From positions 109,393-173,392 of the forward strand of contig CAZEKG010000002.1 of assembly GCA_964512625.1 (NCBI GenBank): a stretch of 64,000 nt of DNA, written 5' to 3'. Made by a program: the position numbers and the translations under genes. The notes under the pieces were generated by a model that was not told the DNA's origin, searched no databases, and saw only the letters and a program-made list of their open reading frames with translations. Positions 47,145-54,956 of this stretch are shown one piece after another (the first letter of the stretch is position 1; each line of letters starts with the position of its first letter). This DNA comes from an uncultured Gammaproteobacteria bacterium. Its GTDB lineage: Bacteria; Patescibacteriota; Patescibacteriia; 2-01-FULL-39-33.

Positions 47145-48227
47145 ATGAAGCCCAACAATCTTGAAAGTGTCAGAATATTAAGTGTAGAGCAAGAAGAACG
47201 AGAAGCAAATTATTTGATTGATTATCTTTATGGCTTGTATCCTGAGCAGGATGGTGTTTTTACTAATGAACAATATCAAAATGCTCATCAGGCTATCATG
47301 GATTCTTTTTTATATACTGATGCGAAAGTATATTTGACTCGCCAATGTAATGGCGAGTGCCCATTCTGTCTGACTGATATGCGTCCAACAACAAGGGAGG
47401 TTGAGGATCAGGAATTCCTTGAGAAGTTTAAATCTAATATTGATGAATATTATAATAAACTAGGCCGAAAGATTTTGTTTACTGGAGGTGAACCTACTAT
47501 CAACCCCAAGAGATTATTGGGTTGCTTGGAGGTGCTAAAGGATTATGATATGGATTTGGTTGTCTTATACACAAACGGCACAAAATTATCAGAAGAGATA
47601 GAATATAAAGGAGTTAGTAAGCCATTACTGGATCATTTAAGGGATTGCGGTCTGAGGAATATTAATCTTTCCGTTCATGATTATGACGCAGAAAGAAGAA
47701 CGGAGCTTTCTCATGAAATTGGCAAAATGGATACGGAAGCGCTCATTAAAGATATTATTGAATCTGGAATTAATTTAAGGTTGAATTGTACATTAATGAA
47801 GGACTTTATTGGTGATAAGGAAGCAATAGTAAAGTATATTGAATGGGCAAATAAGAATGGCGTAAGAGATATATATTTTAGAGATTTGTTTGAATTTGTT
47901 AAGAGAGATAAAAGCACATTAAGGCAAACACCCAGCAGCATGCAAAAATTAAAATTTACTGACGACCAAAGGATTGATTTTTGGAAGTTGATTGAAAGTA
48001 TGGACGAAGAAGATGGTTTTAAGCTTGAGCAACAAATGTTTAGACATAAAGATTGGGGTAGTACTTTTGTATTTACTTATACACCGACTAAATCTCAAGT
48101 TTCTTTTGGCCATTTAAATATAGGAGGAGAGAATGCCGAAGAGGATACTTATTACGCAATTCATCCAGATGGGATAAGAACTAGAAATATGAACGTGGCA
48201 GAAAATACTGTTGAGGAGAGTGAATAG
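47145..48227 (+). CDS. Radical SAM enzyme with a single 4Fe-4S cluster, of the viperin/MoaA-like subclass. It has a ~65-aa N-terminal extension and no C-terminal auxiliary Cys cluster.
   Basis: The sequence LTRQCNGECPFC (CxxxCxxC) resembles viperin FTRQCNYKCGFC and MoaA TDRCNLRCTYC. The motifs ILFTGGEPT, LYTNGTKL and INLSVHDYDAERR follow the TIM-barrel core pattern of that subfamily. After residue ~206 there are no further Cys residues, which rules out a MoaA-type second cluster or a SPASM domain. Confidence 0.6.
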   Translation: MKPNNLESVRILSVEQEEREANYLIDYLYGLYPEQDGVFTNEQYQNAHQAIMDSFLYTDAKVYLTRQCNGECPFCLTDMRPTTREVEDQEFLEKFKSNIDEYYNKLGRKILFTGGEPTINPKRLLGCLEVLKDYDMDLVVLYTNGTKLSEEIEYKGVSKPLLDHLRDCGLRNINLSVHDYDAERRTELSHEIGKMDTEALIKDIIESGINLRLNCTLMKDFIGDKEAIVKYIEWANKNGVRDIYFRDLFEFVKRDKSTLRQTPSSMQKLKFTDDQRIDFWKLIESMDEEDGFKLEQQMFRHKDWGSTFVFTYTPTKSQVSFGHLNIGGENAEEDTYYAIHPDGIRTRNMNVAENTVEESE

Positions 48228-48336
48228 TAAAATTAAGCATATTAATCCAATGAATTACCAATCTACTGGCAGGTAGATTACCAAGTCTCAGTTGGAATGA
48301 TGATAGTAATAAATTAATAATTGATAAAAATAAAAT

Positions 48337-49014
48337 ATGTTTAAAAACGAAAAGCCGTTCGAAATTATCCTTCTTGGTCCGCCAGTTTCCGGTAAGGGAA
48401 CGCAAGCCGATTTAGTGGCGGCAACTTTTGACGTGCCTCATATTTCTACTGGTCAAATCCTTCACGCTATAAAAACTGACGCTGAAAATCCTTTAGCAGC
48501 GGAAGTCGCTTCTTATATCGATTTTGGGAAGCTAGTGCCTTCTGAATTGGTTAATAAGTTAGTCGTAGATAGGATAAAAAAAGAGGATTGTAAAGCTGGT
48601 TATGTGCTTGACGGCTATCCTAGGACTCTTGCCCAGGCCGAGTTTATCAATCAAAACGCTGATGTGGATTATGTTTTTATCATTGACGTTAAGGATGAAG
48701 TCATTATCGAGCGTATGGCGGGTCGCCGGGTTTGCAAGAATGGCCATGCTTGGCATTTAAAATATTCTCCGAGTAAGGTAGAGGGTATTTGTGATACTTG
48801 CGGCGAAGCTTTATTTCAGCGGGATGATGATAAGGAAGAGACAGTTAAGAATCGTTTGGATATTTATCATACAGAAACTGATCCGATTATTAATTTTTTT
48901 GAAGCTAAGGGCTGCTTGATTAGGATTGACGGTGAACAGCATATCGAGGGTGTTTATCAGCAAATCGTAAGAAGGATGGTTAGTGATTTAAGAAAGCAGA
49001 TAGGTTGGAAATAA
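48337..49014 (+). CDS. adk: Adenylate kinase with a variant (Cys-His / Cys-Cys) LID motif
   Basis: It has the P-loop ILLGPPVSGKGTQA. The LID is RRVCKNGHAWH ... CDTCG. The C-terminus is standard. Confidence 0.9.
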   Translation: MFKNEKPFEIILLGPPVSGKGTQADLVAATFDVPHISTGQILHAIKTDAENPLAAEVASYIDFGKLVPSELVNKLVVDRIKKEDCKAGYVLDGYPRTLAQAEFINQNADVDYVFIIDVKDEVIIERMAGRRVCKNGHAWHLKYSPSKVEGICDTCGEALFQRDDDKEETVKNRLDIYHTETDPIINFFEAKGCLIRIDGEQHIEGVYQQIVRRMVSDLRKQIGWK

Positions 49015-49019
49015 GCAAC

Positions 49020-49787
49020 ATGATAAAAACAAAAACTCCTGAAGAAATAAAGATCATGAAAGAGGGCGGAAAAGTCTTAGCCGCTATTTTAGGGATGGTC
49101 GACGAAAAAGTAAAGCCGGGAGTTAGTACTTTTGAGCTCAATGAGTATGCTGAACAGTTGATTAAAAAATATAAAGGCGAAGCGAGCTTTAAGGGTTATA
49201 AAGCGGCTTGGTCGGAACATGTTTATCCGGCGGCTTTATGTGTTTCAGTCAATAATGAAGTTGTCCATGGTATTCCTGATGACAATCGATATTTGAAATC
49301 AGGCGACATAGTCGGCCTTGATTGCGGTTTGAAATATAAAGGCCTTTTTACTGATATGGCGATAACGATTCCGGTTGGCAAGGTTAGTCGCGAGGCTCAG
49401 AAGCTGATAAACGTAACTCGCGAATCGCTTATGACCGGCTTAAAACAGGTTAAGCCCGGCAATAAGATTAGTGATATTTCAAAAGCGGTAGCTAAAGCGG
49501 TTGAAAAACAGGGTTTCTCTGTTGTTCGTCAATTAGTCGGTCATGGTGTCGGTTATTCGGCTCATGAAGATCCTCAAATTCCTAATTATTTTGATCCTTA
49601 TTTCCCTGATCCGATTCTTAAAGTCGGAATGACTTTGGCGATTGAGCCAATGGTCAACCTTGGCGGTTGGGAGGTTGATACGCTCGATGATGGCTGGACG
49701 ATTGTTACTGCCGACGGCTCGCTCTCGGCGCATTTTGAGCATACTGTTGCAGTTACAGAGAAAGGTTGTGAGATTTTAACTAAATAA
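49020..49787 (+). CDS. map: Methionine aminopeptidase type I
   Basis: It begins MIKTKTPEEIKIMKEGGKVLAAIL and carries the metal ligands in the VHGIPDD, GLDCG and HGVGYSAHE regions. Confidence 0.85.
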   Translation: MIKTKTPEEIKIMKEGGKVLAAILGMVDEKVKPGVSTFELNEYAEQLIKKYKGEASFKGYKAAWSEHVYPAALCVSVNNEVVHGIPDDNRYLKSGDIVGLDCGLKYKGLFTDMAITIPVGKVSREAQKLINVTRESLMTGLKQVKPGNKISDISKAVAKAVEKQGFSVVRQLVGHGVGYSAHEDPQIPNYFDPYFPDPILKVGMTLAIEPMVNLGGWEVDTLDDGWTIVTADGSLSAHFEHTVAVTEKGCEILTK

Positions 49788-49791
49788 GCTT

Positions 49792-50064
49792 ATGACTACT
49801 GTGGAAGAATTACAATCTCAAATTAATGAGATAAAAAATAGAAATAAGAAAGTTGAATCTGATAAAGCATGGGAAACGAGTGTTTTTAGGAAAGTTATCA
49901 TTTCAGTTTTTACATATATTGTAATTGTATTATTTTTTTTCTTTGCAGGATTAGCAAATCCTTTTGTTAATGCTATTGTGCCAGCATTAGCTTTTTTAAT
50001 CTCAACACTTTCAATTCCCTTATTTAAAAAATGGTGGATAGAAAATGTGTATAAAGCAAAATAA
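49792..50064 (+). CDS. Hypothetical small two-TM membrane protein. It is very AT-rich and occupies the position where infA normally follows map.
   Basis: It has the TM helices VIISVFTYIVIVLFFFFAGL and IVPALAFLISTLSIPLF. A-ending codons dominate, and GC is roughly 28%. Confidence 0.35.
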   Translation: MTTVEELQSQINEIKNRNKKVESDKAWETSVFRKVIISVFTYIVIVLFFFFAGLANPFVNAIVPALAFLISTLSIPLFKKWWIENVYKAK

Positions 50065-50067
50065 TTT

Positions 50068-50451
50068 ATGAAATTTTTAGGAATAGATTACGGCGAGTCG
50101 AAAATCGGGTTGGCCATTGGCGATACGGAAGCGAAAATCGCTTCGCCTTTTTCGATTTTAAAGAATAAAGGCTGGAATGCTTCGATTAAGTCCATTAAGG
50201 AAATTTGCCTTAAGGAAAAAATCGGTAAGATTATTATCGGAGTCCCGAAAAACCTAAGAGGACCAAGCCAGGAACAAGCCGAAAAAACTAAGAAATTTAT
50301 AGCCTATTTTAGAGAAAATATTGAAATGCCGGTTGAGGAAGAGGACGAGCAATTTACTACTGCTCAGGCGCGCAAGCTTTCGACTAAAGGCGATGATGAT
50401 GATTTGGCTGCCATGTTGATTCTTCAGGGTTACTTAGATAAGCAAGTTTAA
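50068..50451 (+). CDS. ruvX: YqgF/RuvX-family Holliday junction resolvase-like nuclease (putative pre-16S rRNA nuclease)
   Basis: The N-terminal RNase H-fold motif is MKFLGIDYGESKIGLAIGD, and the internal motif IIIGVPKNLRG is present. Confidence 0.8.
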   Translation: MKFLGIDYGESKIGLAIGDTEAKIASPFSILKNKGWNASIKSIKEICLKEKIGKIIIGVPKNLRGPSQEQAEKTKKFIAYFRENIEMPVEEEDEQFTTAQARKLSTKGDDDDLAAMLILQGYLDKQV

Positions 50452-50452
50452 A

Positions 50453-51019
50453 ATGACTTATTTAACTCAAGGTTTTATCTTAAAAAAACTTCATTTTGGT
50501 GAATACGACCGGCAGTATGTAATCTATACTCGAGACAAAGGGAAAATTACTGCGGTCGCCAAGGGAGTCAAGAAAATAAATTCTAAACTTAATCCTCATT
50601 TAAGCCGTTTTATGATGGTTGATTTTATGTTGGCTGAGGGGGTTATTTTTAATCGGATTGCTTCCGCTTCGATAGCTAAGAGATTTTCTTCATTTGAAAA
50701 AGATTGGGAGAAAAATATTTTAGCCCAGTATTTTCTTGAGGTGGTTGATCTTTTAGTTAAGGGACAATTAACGGATGAGGGTATCTTTAAAATCATGGAT
50801 GAATTTTTTACGGCGCTAGAAAGTTGTAATGAAAAGAAAGAAAAATTGGTTTGCCTTAATATTTTTCTGTATGAGCTATTGAAGTCTTTAGGTTATCAGC
50901 CGAAATTAGACGCTAAAAATCAAAAAGTCCTCTTTTCTTTTTTAAATAGCCAAATAACTGAAACAGCTGAGAGTAAGGTTTACAGCTTCGCCTCAGCTTT
51001 TTCTATATTTGACAATTAG
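50453..51019 (+). CDS. recO: DNA repair protein RecO (short form, OB-fold N-terminus; no zinc finger)
   Basis: It begins MTYLTQGFILKKLHFGEYDRQYVIYTRDKGKITAVAKGVKK, which matches the RecO N-terminal OB domain. It is 188 aa. Confidence 0.6.
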   Translation: MTYLTQGFILKKLHFGEYDRQYVIYTRDKGKITAVAKGVKKINSKLNPHLSRFMMVDFMLAEGVIFNRIASASIAKRFSSFEKDWEKNILAQYFLEVVDLLVKGQLTDEGIFKIMDEFFTALESCNEKKEKLVCLNIFLYELLKSLGYQPKLDAKNQKVLFSFLNSQITETAESKVYSFASAFSIFDN

Positions 51020-51092
51020 CTCATTTTAGGTTATGATGAGCTGTTGTGTTCTTTCAAGGTTAACCGGCTAAAGGCCGAGACAAGGGGGATCT

Positions 51093-51614
51093 ATGACGGT
51101 TTCAGATAGAGCAGCGTTAAGCGTAATTCCCATGAACAGGTCGGCCGTCAAGCGGTTTTTACCTCATCGCAACGCCATGTTGCTTATTGATGAGGCTGAG
51201 ATCTATCCCGGTCAGGAGATTGTCGGGTCAAGGATTGAGGCCCATAAGTTTCTTTCCCCAAGCTCCTTGCATTTCGACGGTCATTTTCCGGGGTTTTCGA
51301 TCTTTCCGGGCATGTTGACGGCCGAAGGCCTGGCGCAAGCCAGCGCCTTGTTATACGCCTATCTAAAAGACGGCGAGTTTGAGGATATGATCGTCGTTTT
51401 GAGTGAGGTAAGGAAGATGAAATTACTTTGCCCTGTTCGTCCTGGTGATACGCTTCATTTTCGGGCCGAGATTATTATGGCTGACGGCCCGAAATGCGCT
51501 TGCAAGGTCCGGGCCTACATTCTTACCTTAAGGAAGGGTGGTAAGTTTCGAGAGATAACCGTCGCCAAGGGCGAGATCGAAGGCATGGCCATTGCCAAAG
51601 AAAAATTGGCCTAA
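51093..51614 (+). CDS. fabZ: FabZ/FabA-like hot-dog-fold 3-hydroxyacyl-ACP dehydratase. It is GC-rich relative to the genome.
   Basis: The motifs are LPHRNAMLLIDEA, HFDGHFPGFSIFPGMLTAEGLAQA (the catalytic His and Glu are in FabZ positions) and PVRPGD. GC is about 50%. Confidence 0.7.
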   Translation: MTVSDRAALSVIPMNRSAVKRFLPHRNAMLLIDEAEIYPGQEIVGSRIEAHKFLSPSSLHFDGHFPGFSIFPGMLTAEGLAQASALLYAYLKDGEFEDMIVVLSEVRKMKLLCPVRPGDTLHFRAEIIMADGPKCACKVRAYILTLRKGGKFREITVAKGEIEGMAIAKEKLA

Positions 51615-51640
51615 CCCCGTTAAAAGCGGGGTTTTTATTT
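51613..51640 (+). terminator. Rho-independent terminator after the FabZ-like gene
   Basis: The hairpin AACCCCG-TTAAAAG-CGGGGTT is followed by TTTATTTTGTTT. Confidence 0.5.
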
Positions 51641-51794
51641 TGTTTAAAAACTTTATCGCTTTTAAAATCGTATTATTATATATAATTAAGCTAAAATAGG
51701 CTCTAGACGGGTTAGGATCAGCTATCTTTTTTAACTTGTCATTTCCACTGTTTTTAGTTATAATTAAGCCAATCGAAATCATATAAAGTAACTT

Positions 51795-53249
51795 ATGAAA
51801 AGAATATCTATTGCAGAAACGGCTAATAAGGCAGGGGAGGAGGTAACTGTTTGCGGCTGGGTTCACACAAGACGCGATCATGGCAAGCTGATTTTTATCG
51901 ATTTAAGGGATCGAAGTGGTTTGATTCAGGTTGTTTTTATTCCCTCGAATAAAGAGGCTCATGAATTAGCCCAGAAATTCCGTTCCGAATATGTCGTTAA
52001 GATTACTGGTCAAATTAATGAAAGGCCGGCTAATATGATTAATGATAAATTGGCGACCGGTAAAGTCGAGATGTTAGCGACTCGAGTTGAGATTTTAAAC
52101 GAGGCAAAAACGCCGCCTTTTGAGATTGATCAAGATAGCAAGGAAATCAATGAAGAATTGCGTTTGAAATATCGATATCTCGATCTTAGGACTTTGCGAA
52201 TGACCGATAATCTAGTTATGCGGTCGAAGGTTAATAAGTTTTTTAGGGATTATCTTGAAAAACAGGACTTTTTAGAAATTGAAACGCCGATCTTAACTAA
52301 GGGAACGCCGGAAGGCGCGCGAGAGTTCTTAGTTCCGTCCCGCATGTGGCCGGGCAAGTTTTATGTCTTACCGCAATCACCTCAGCAATTCAAGCAATTA
52401 TTGATGGTTTCCGGAGCGGAAAAATATTTTCAAATTGCTCGTTGCTTTAGAGATGAAGATACTCGCGGCGATCGCCAAGCTGAGTTTACTCAACTAGATA
52501 TTGAAATGAGTTTTATCGAACAGGAAGATATTTTTAATCTTATCGAGCCGATGATGATTGAGTTGGTTGAAAAGCTTTATCCGAATAAAAAGATTACTAC
52601 TAAGCCTTTTCCTCGATTGACTTACGCCGAGTGTATGGAAAAGTATAATTCCGATAAGCCGGATTTAAGGGTTAATAAGGAAGATCCTGATGAGTTGGCT
52701 TTTATGTGGCTAATTGATCCTCCGATGTTTAAATATTCTGAAGGCGAGAAAAAGCTGGTGGCTAGCCATCATCCTTTTACCATGCCTAATCCCGAAGATA
52801 TGGAAAAATATCCTGAAGAGCCGAAGAAATGGCGGGCTTTAGGGTATGACTTGGTTTTAAACGGTTTTGAAGTGGCCGGAGGCTCGATTCGTATTCATCT
52901 TCGCGATATCCAACAAAGAGTTTTCGAGCTTTTAGGCGTTGGTGAAAATGAAATTAAAACCCGTTTCGGACATATGTTAGAGGCTTTTGAATACGGCGCT
53001 CCGCCTCATGGGGGAATTGCTCCAGGCATAGATCGCTTGATGGCGGTTTTACAGAACGAACCGAATATCCGAGAGGTTATTGTCTTCCCGAAGACGGGGG
53101 ATAGCCGTGACTTAATGATGGATGCGCCTAATTATACTAGTCTAAAGGCTTTAAATGACGCTAATATCCAAATCGCGGATAAGGTTATCACTAAGGCTAA
53201 AAAAGAAGGTGTCGATTTATTCGGCGAGCAAACCGAGACAGCGGATTAA
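51795..53249 (+). CDS. aspS: Aspartyl-tRNA synthetase. It is 484 aa and lacks the bacterial GAD insertion domain.
   Basis: It has an N-terminal OB anticodon-binding domain (VCGWVHTRRDHGKLIFIDLRDRSGLIQVV), class II motif 2 (FQIARCFRDEDTRGDRQAEFTQLDIEMSF) and motif 3 (GGSIRIH ... HGGIAPGIDRL). Confidence 0.8.
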   Translation: MKRISIAETANKAGEEVTVCGWVHTRRDHGKLIFIDLRDRSGLIQVVFIPSNKEAHELAQKFRSEYVVKITGQINERPANMINDKLATGKVEMLATRVEILNEAKTPPFEIDQDSKEINEELRLKYRYLDLRTLRMTDNLVMRSKVNKFFRDYLEKQDFLEIETPILTKGTPEGAREFLVPSRMWPGKFYVLPQSPQQFKQLLMVSGAEKYFQIARCFRDEDTRGDRQAEFTQLDIEMSFIEQEDIFNLIEPMMIELVEKLYPNKKITTKPFPRLTYAECMEKYNSDKPDLRVNKEDPDELAFMWLIDPPMFKYSEGEKKLVASHHPFTMPNPEDMEKYPEEPKKWRALGYDLVLNGFEVAGGSIRIHLRDIQQRVFELLGVGENEIKTRFGHMLEAFEYGAPPHGGIAPGIDRLMAVLQNEPNIREVIVFPKTGDSRDLMMDAPNYTSLKALNDANIQIADKVITKAKKEGVDLFGEQTETAD

Positions 53250-53290
53250 TTATGTTTTTTTATCTTTAAATTTTACTGGAAGGTGACAAA

Positions 53291-53959
53291 ATGAAACTTA
53301 CTTTAGAGCTTGTCAAAAGTAATAATCAAATCAAGGATTTTATCGAACAGACGGAGAAATACCTCGATGCTTTAGGTTATACGGATCATGGCTTCCGTCA
53401 TATCAATATTGTCGCGGATCGTTGCCGCAGTTTGGCGAAAAAAATAGGCTTAAATGCTAAAGATCAGGAATTAGCGGCAGTGGCCGGCTATTGCCATGAT
53501 ATGGGCAATTTCTTAGGCCGAACCCAGCATCACTATTGGGCAGCTATGCTTTTTTCTCAGATCTATATTAATGAAGTCGATAATCCTGAGGATTTATCGG
53601 TTATTATACAAGCTATGGTCAGTCATGATAAATATGAATTGAAGCTAGTTAATAAAATAGCCGCAATTCTAGTCTTGGCTGATAAATCCGATGTCCATAG
53701 GACGAGAGTAAAAAATCCGGATTCAAAAAACATGATCGAGGATGTCCATGAGCGGGTTAATTTTGCGGCAACTGATAATTCCCTGGAGGTCAATAATCGT
53801 AAAAAAGAAATCGTATTAAAGGTTAAGATAGATACCAAGATTACCGAACCGATTGATTATTTTGATATTTTCCTTGATCGTATGATGTTTTGCCGTCAGG
53901 CCGCAGCCTATCTTGATTACAAGTTCGTTTTTTATATAAATGACTTCAGGCTTTCTTAA
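53291..53959 (+). CDS. HD-domain phosphohydrolase
   Basis: The H...HD metal-binding motifs are HGFRHINIVA and AGYCHDMGN. Confidence 0.6.
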   Translation: MKLTLELVKSNNQIKDFIEQTEKYLDALGYTDHGFRHINIVADRCRSLAKKIGLNAKDQELAAVAGYCHDMGNFLGRTQHHYWAAMLFSQIYINEVDNPEDLSVIIQAMVSHDKYELKLVNKIAAILVLADKSDVHRTRVKNPDSKNMIEDVHERVNFAATDNSLEVNNRKKEIVLKVKIDTKITEPIDYFDIFLDRMMFCRQAAAYLDYKFVFYINDFRLS

Positions 53960-53990
53960 GTCGAGTCTTAAATAATTAAAAAACAAAAAT

Positions 53991-54938
53991 ATGGACGGTC
54001 AAATTGTAGGTCAACCCGCTGTTAGTGGCGATGGTCAATACAAAGGCAAGGGAGCGTTGGATGCTTTCTTAAATCTCTTCGCTCTAATCTCTTTAGGTTG
54101 GATGTCCTTTTCTTTCGGTGCTGTTTTATTCGAAATAATCGGCAAGTTTTTTAGTCCTCCAAACGTCAATGCTTATAATTCTTTCTCACAAGCCGGTTTA
54201 AAATTCGCTATCGCTTCCGTTATAATCATTACGCCGATTTTCCTTGTCGTTATCGGTTCGCTTCATAAGAATTATAAAACTAATAACTTGAATTTCAAGA
54301 GCGGTATCCATCGCTGGTTAACTTATTTAATGCTTTTAATCTCGGCTTTGACAGTTATTGGACGCCTAGTTTATCAACTTTTCCGTTTCTTAGACGGCGA
54401 TTTTACGCTAGCTGTAATCTTAAGGAGTTTAGTTATTCTAATAATCGCCGGCGGCATTTTCGGTTATTATTTTTATGATTTAAGAAGGAAGGATTATGCT
54501 AATCGCAGTTTAATCTCTATTATCTTTTTCTATGCGGTTATTGTCCTGACTTTAGGTTCAGTTGTTGGCGGCTTTATGGTTATTGATTCGCCTCAAAAAG
54601 CGAGAGATATAAATTTTGATCGGCAGAGGGTTAATAATTTGAGCCAGATAAATGACTTTTTACAAATGGAAGCCGAAAATAATAAAACTTTGCCGGAAAA
54701 TATTTCAGCCGCTAAGTATTCTCGTTTAGTTGATCCTGAAACTAATAAACCTTTTGAATATCGAAGAATTTCGACGACGACTTATGAGATTTGCGCGGTT
54801 TTCGCTCTTTCAACTAAAGGCTTAAACCAGGATTTTTATGGCAGCGATGATTGGTATTATCATGATGCCGGTCGACAATGCTTTACTAAATCGGCTAATC
54901 TCTCTAATCTAAAGTCCTTACCTGTTTTACCGCAATAA
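53991..54938 (+). CDS. Hypothetical multi-pass membrane protein
   Basis: It has ~6 predicted TM helices in the N-terminal 200 aa, a soluble C-terminal domain, and no catalytic motif. Confidence 0.4.
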   Translation: MDGQIVGQPAVSGDGQYKGKGALDAFLNLFALISLGWMSFSFGAVLFEIIGKFFSPPNVNAYNSFSQAGLKFAIASVIIITPIFLVVIGSLHKNYKTNNLNFKSGIHRWLTYLMLLISALTVIGRLVYQLFRFLDGDFTLAVILRSLVILIIAGGIFGYYFYDLRRKDYANRSLISIIFFYAVIVLTLGSVVGGFMVIDSPQKARDINFDRQRVNNLSQINDFLQMEAENNKTLPENISAAKYSRLVDPETNKPFEYRRISTTTYEICAVFALSTKGLNQDFYGSDDWYYHDAGRQCFTKSANLSNLKSLPVLPQ

Positions 54939-54956
54939 GTAATTAATTATAAAAAT

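Noticed and set aside
47145-48227. Radical SAM gene considered as MoaA (GTP 3',8-cyclase)
   Set aside because: The core motifs are MoaA-like, but there are no C-terminal Cys residues for the second (auxiliary) 4Fe-4S cluster and no moaC/moaD/moaE nearby. MoaA is therefore unlikely. A viperin-like or other single-cluster enzyme was retained as the working hypothesis.
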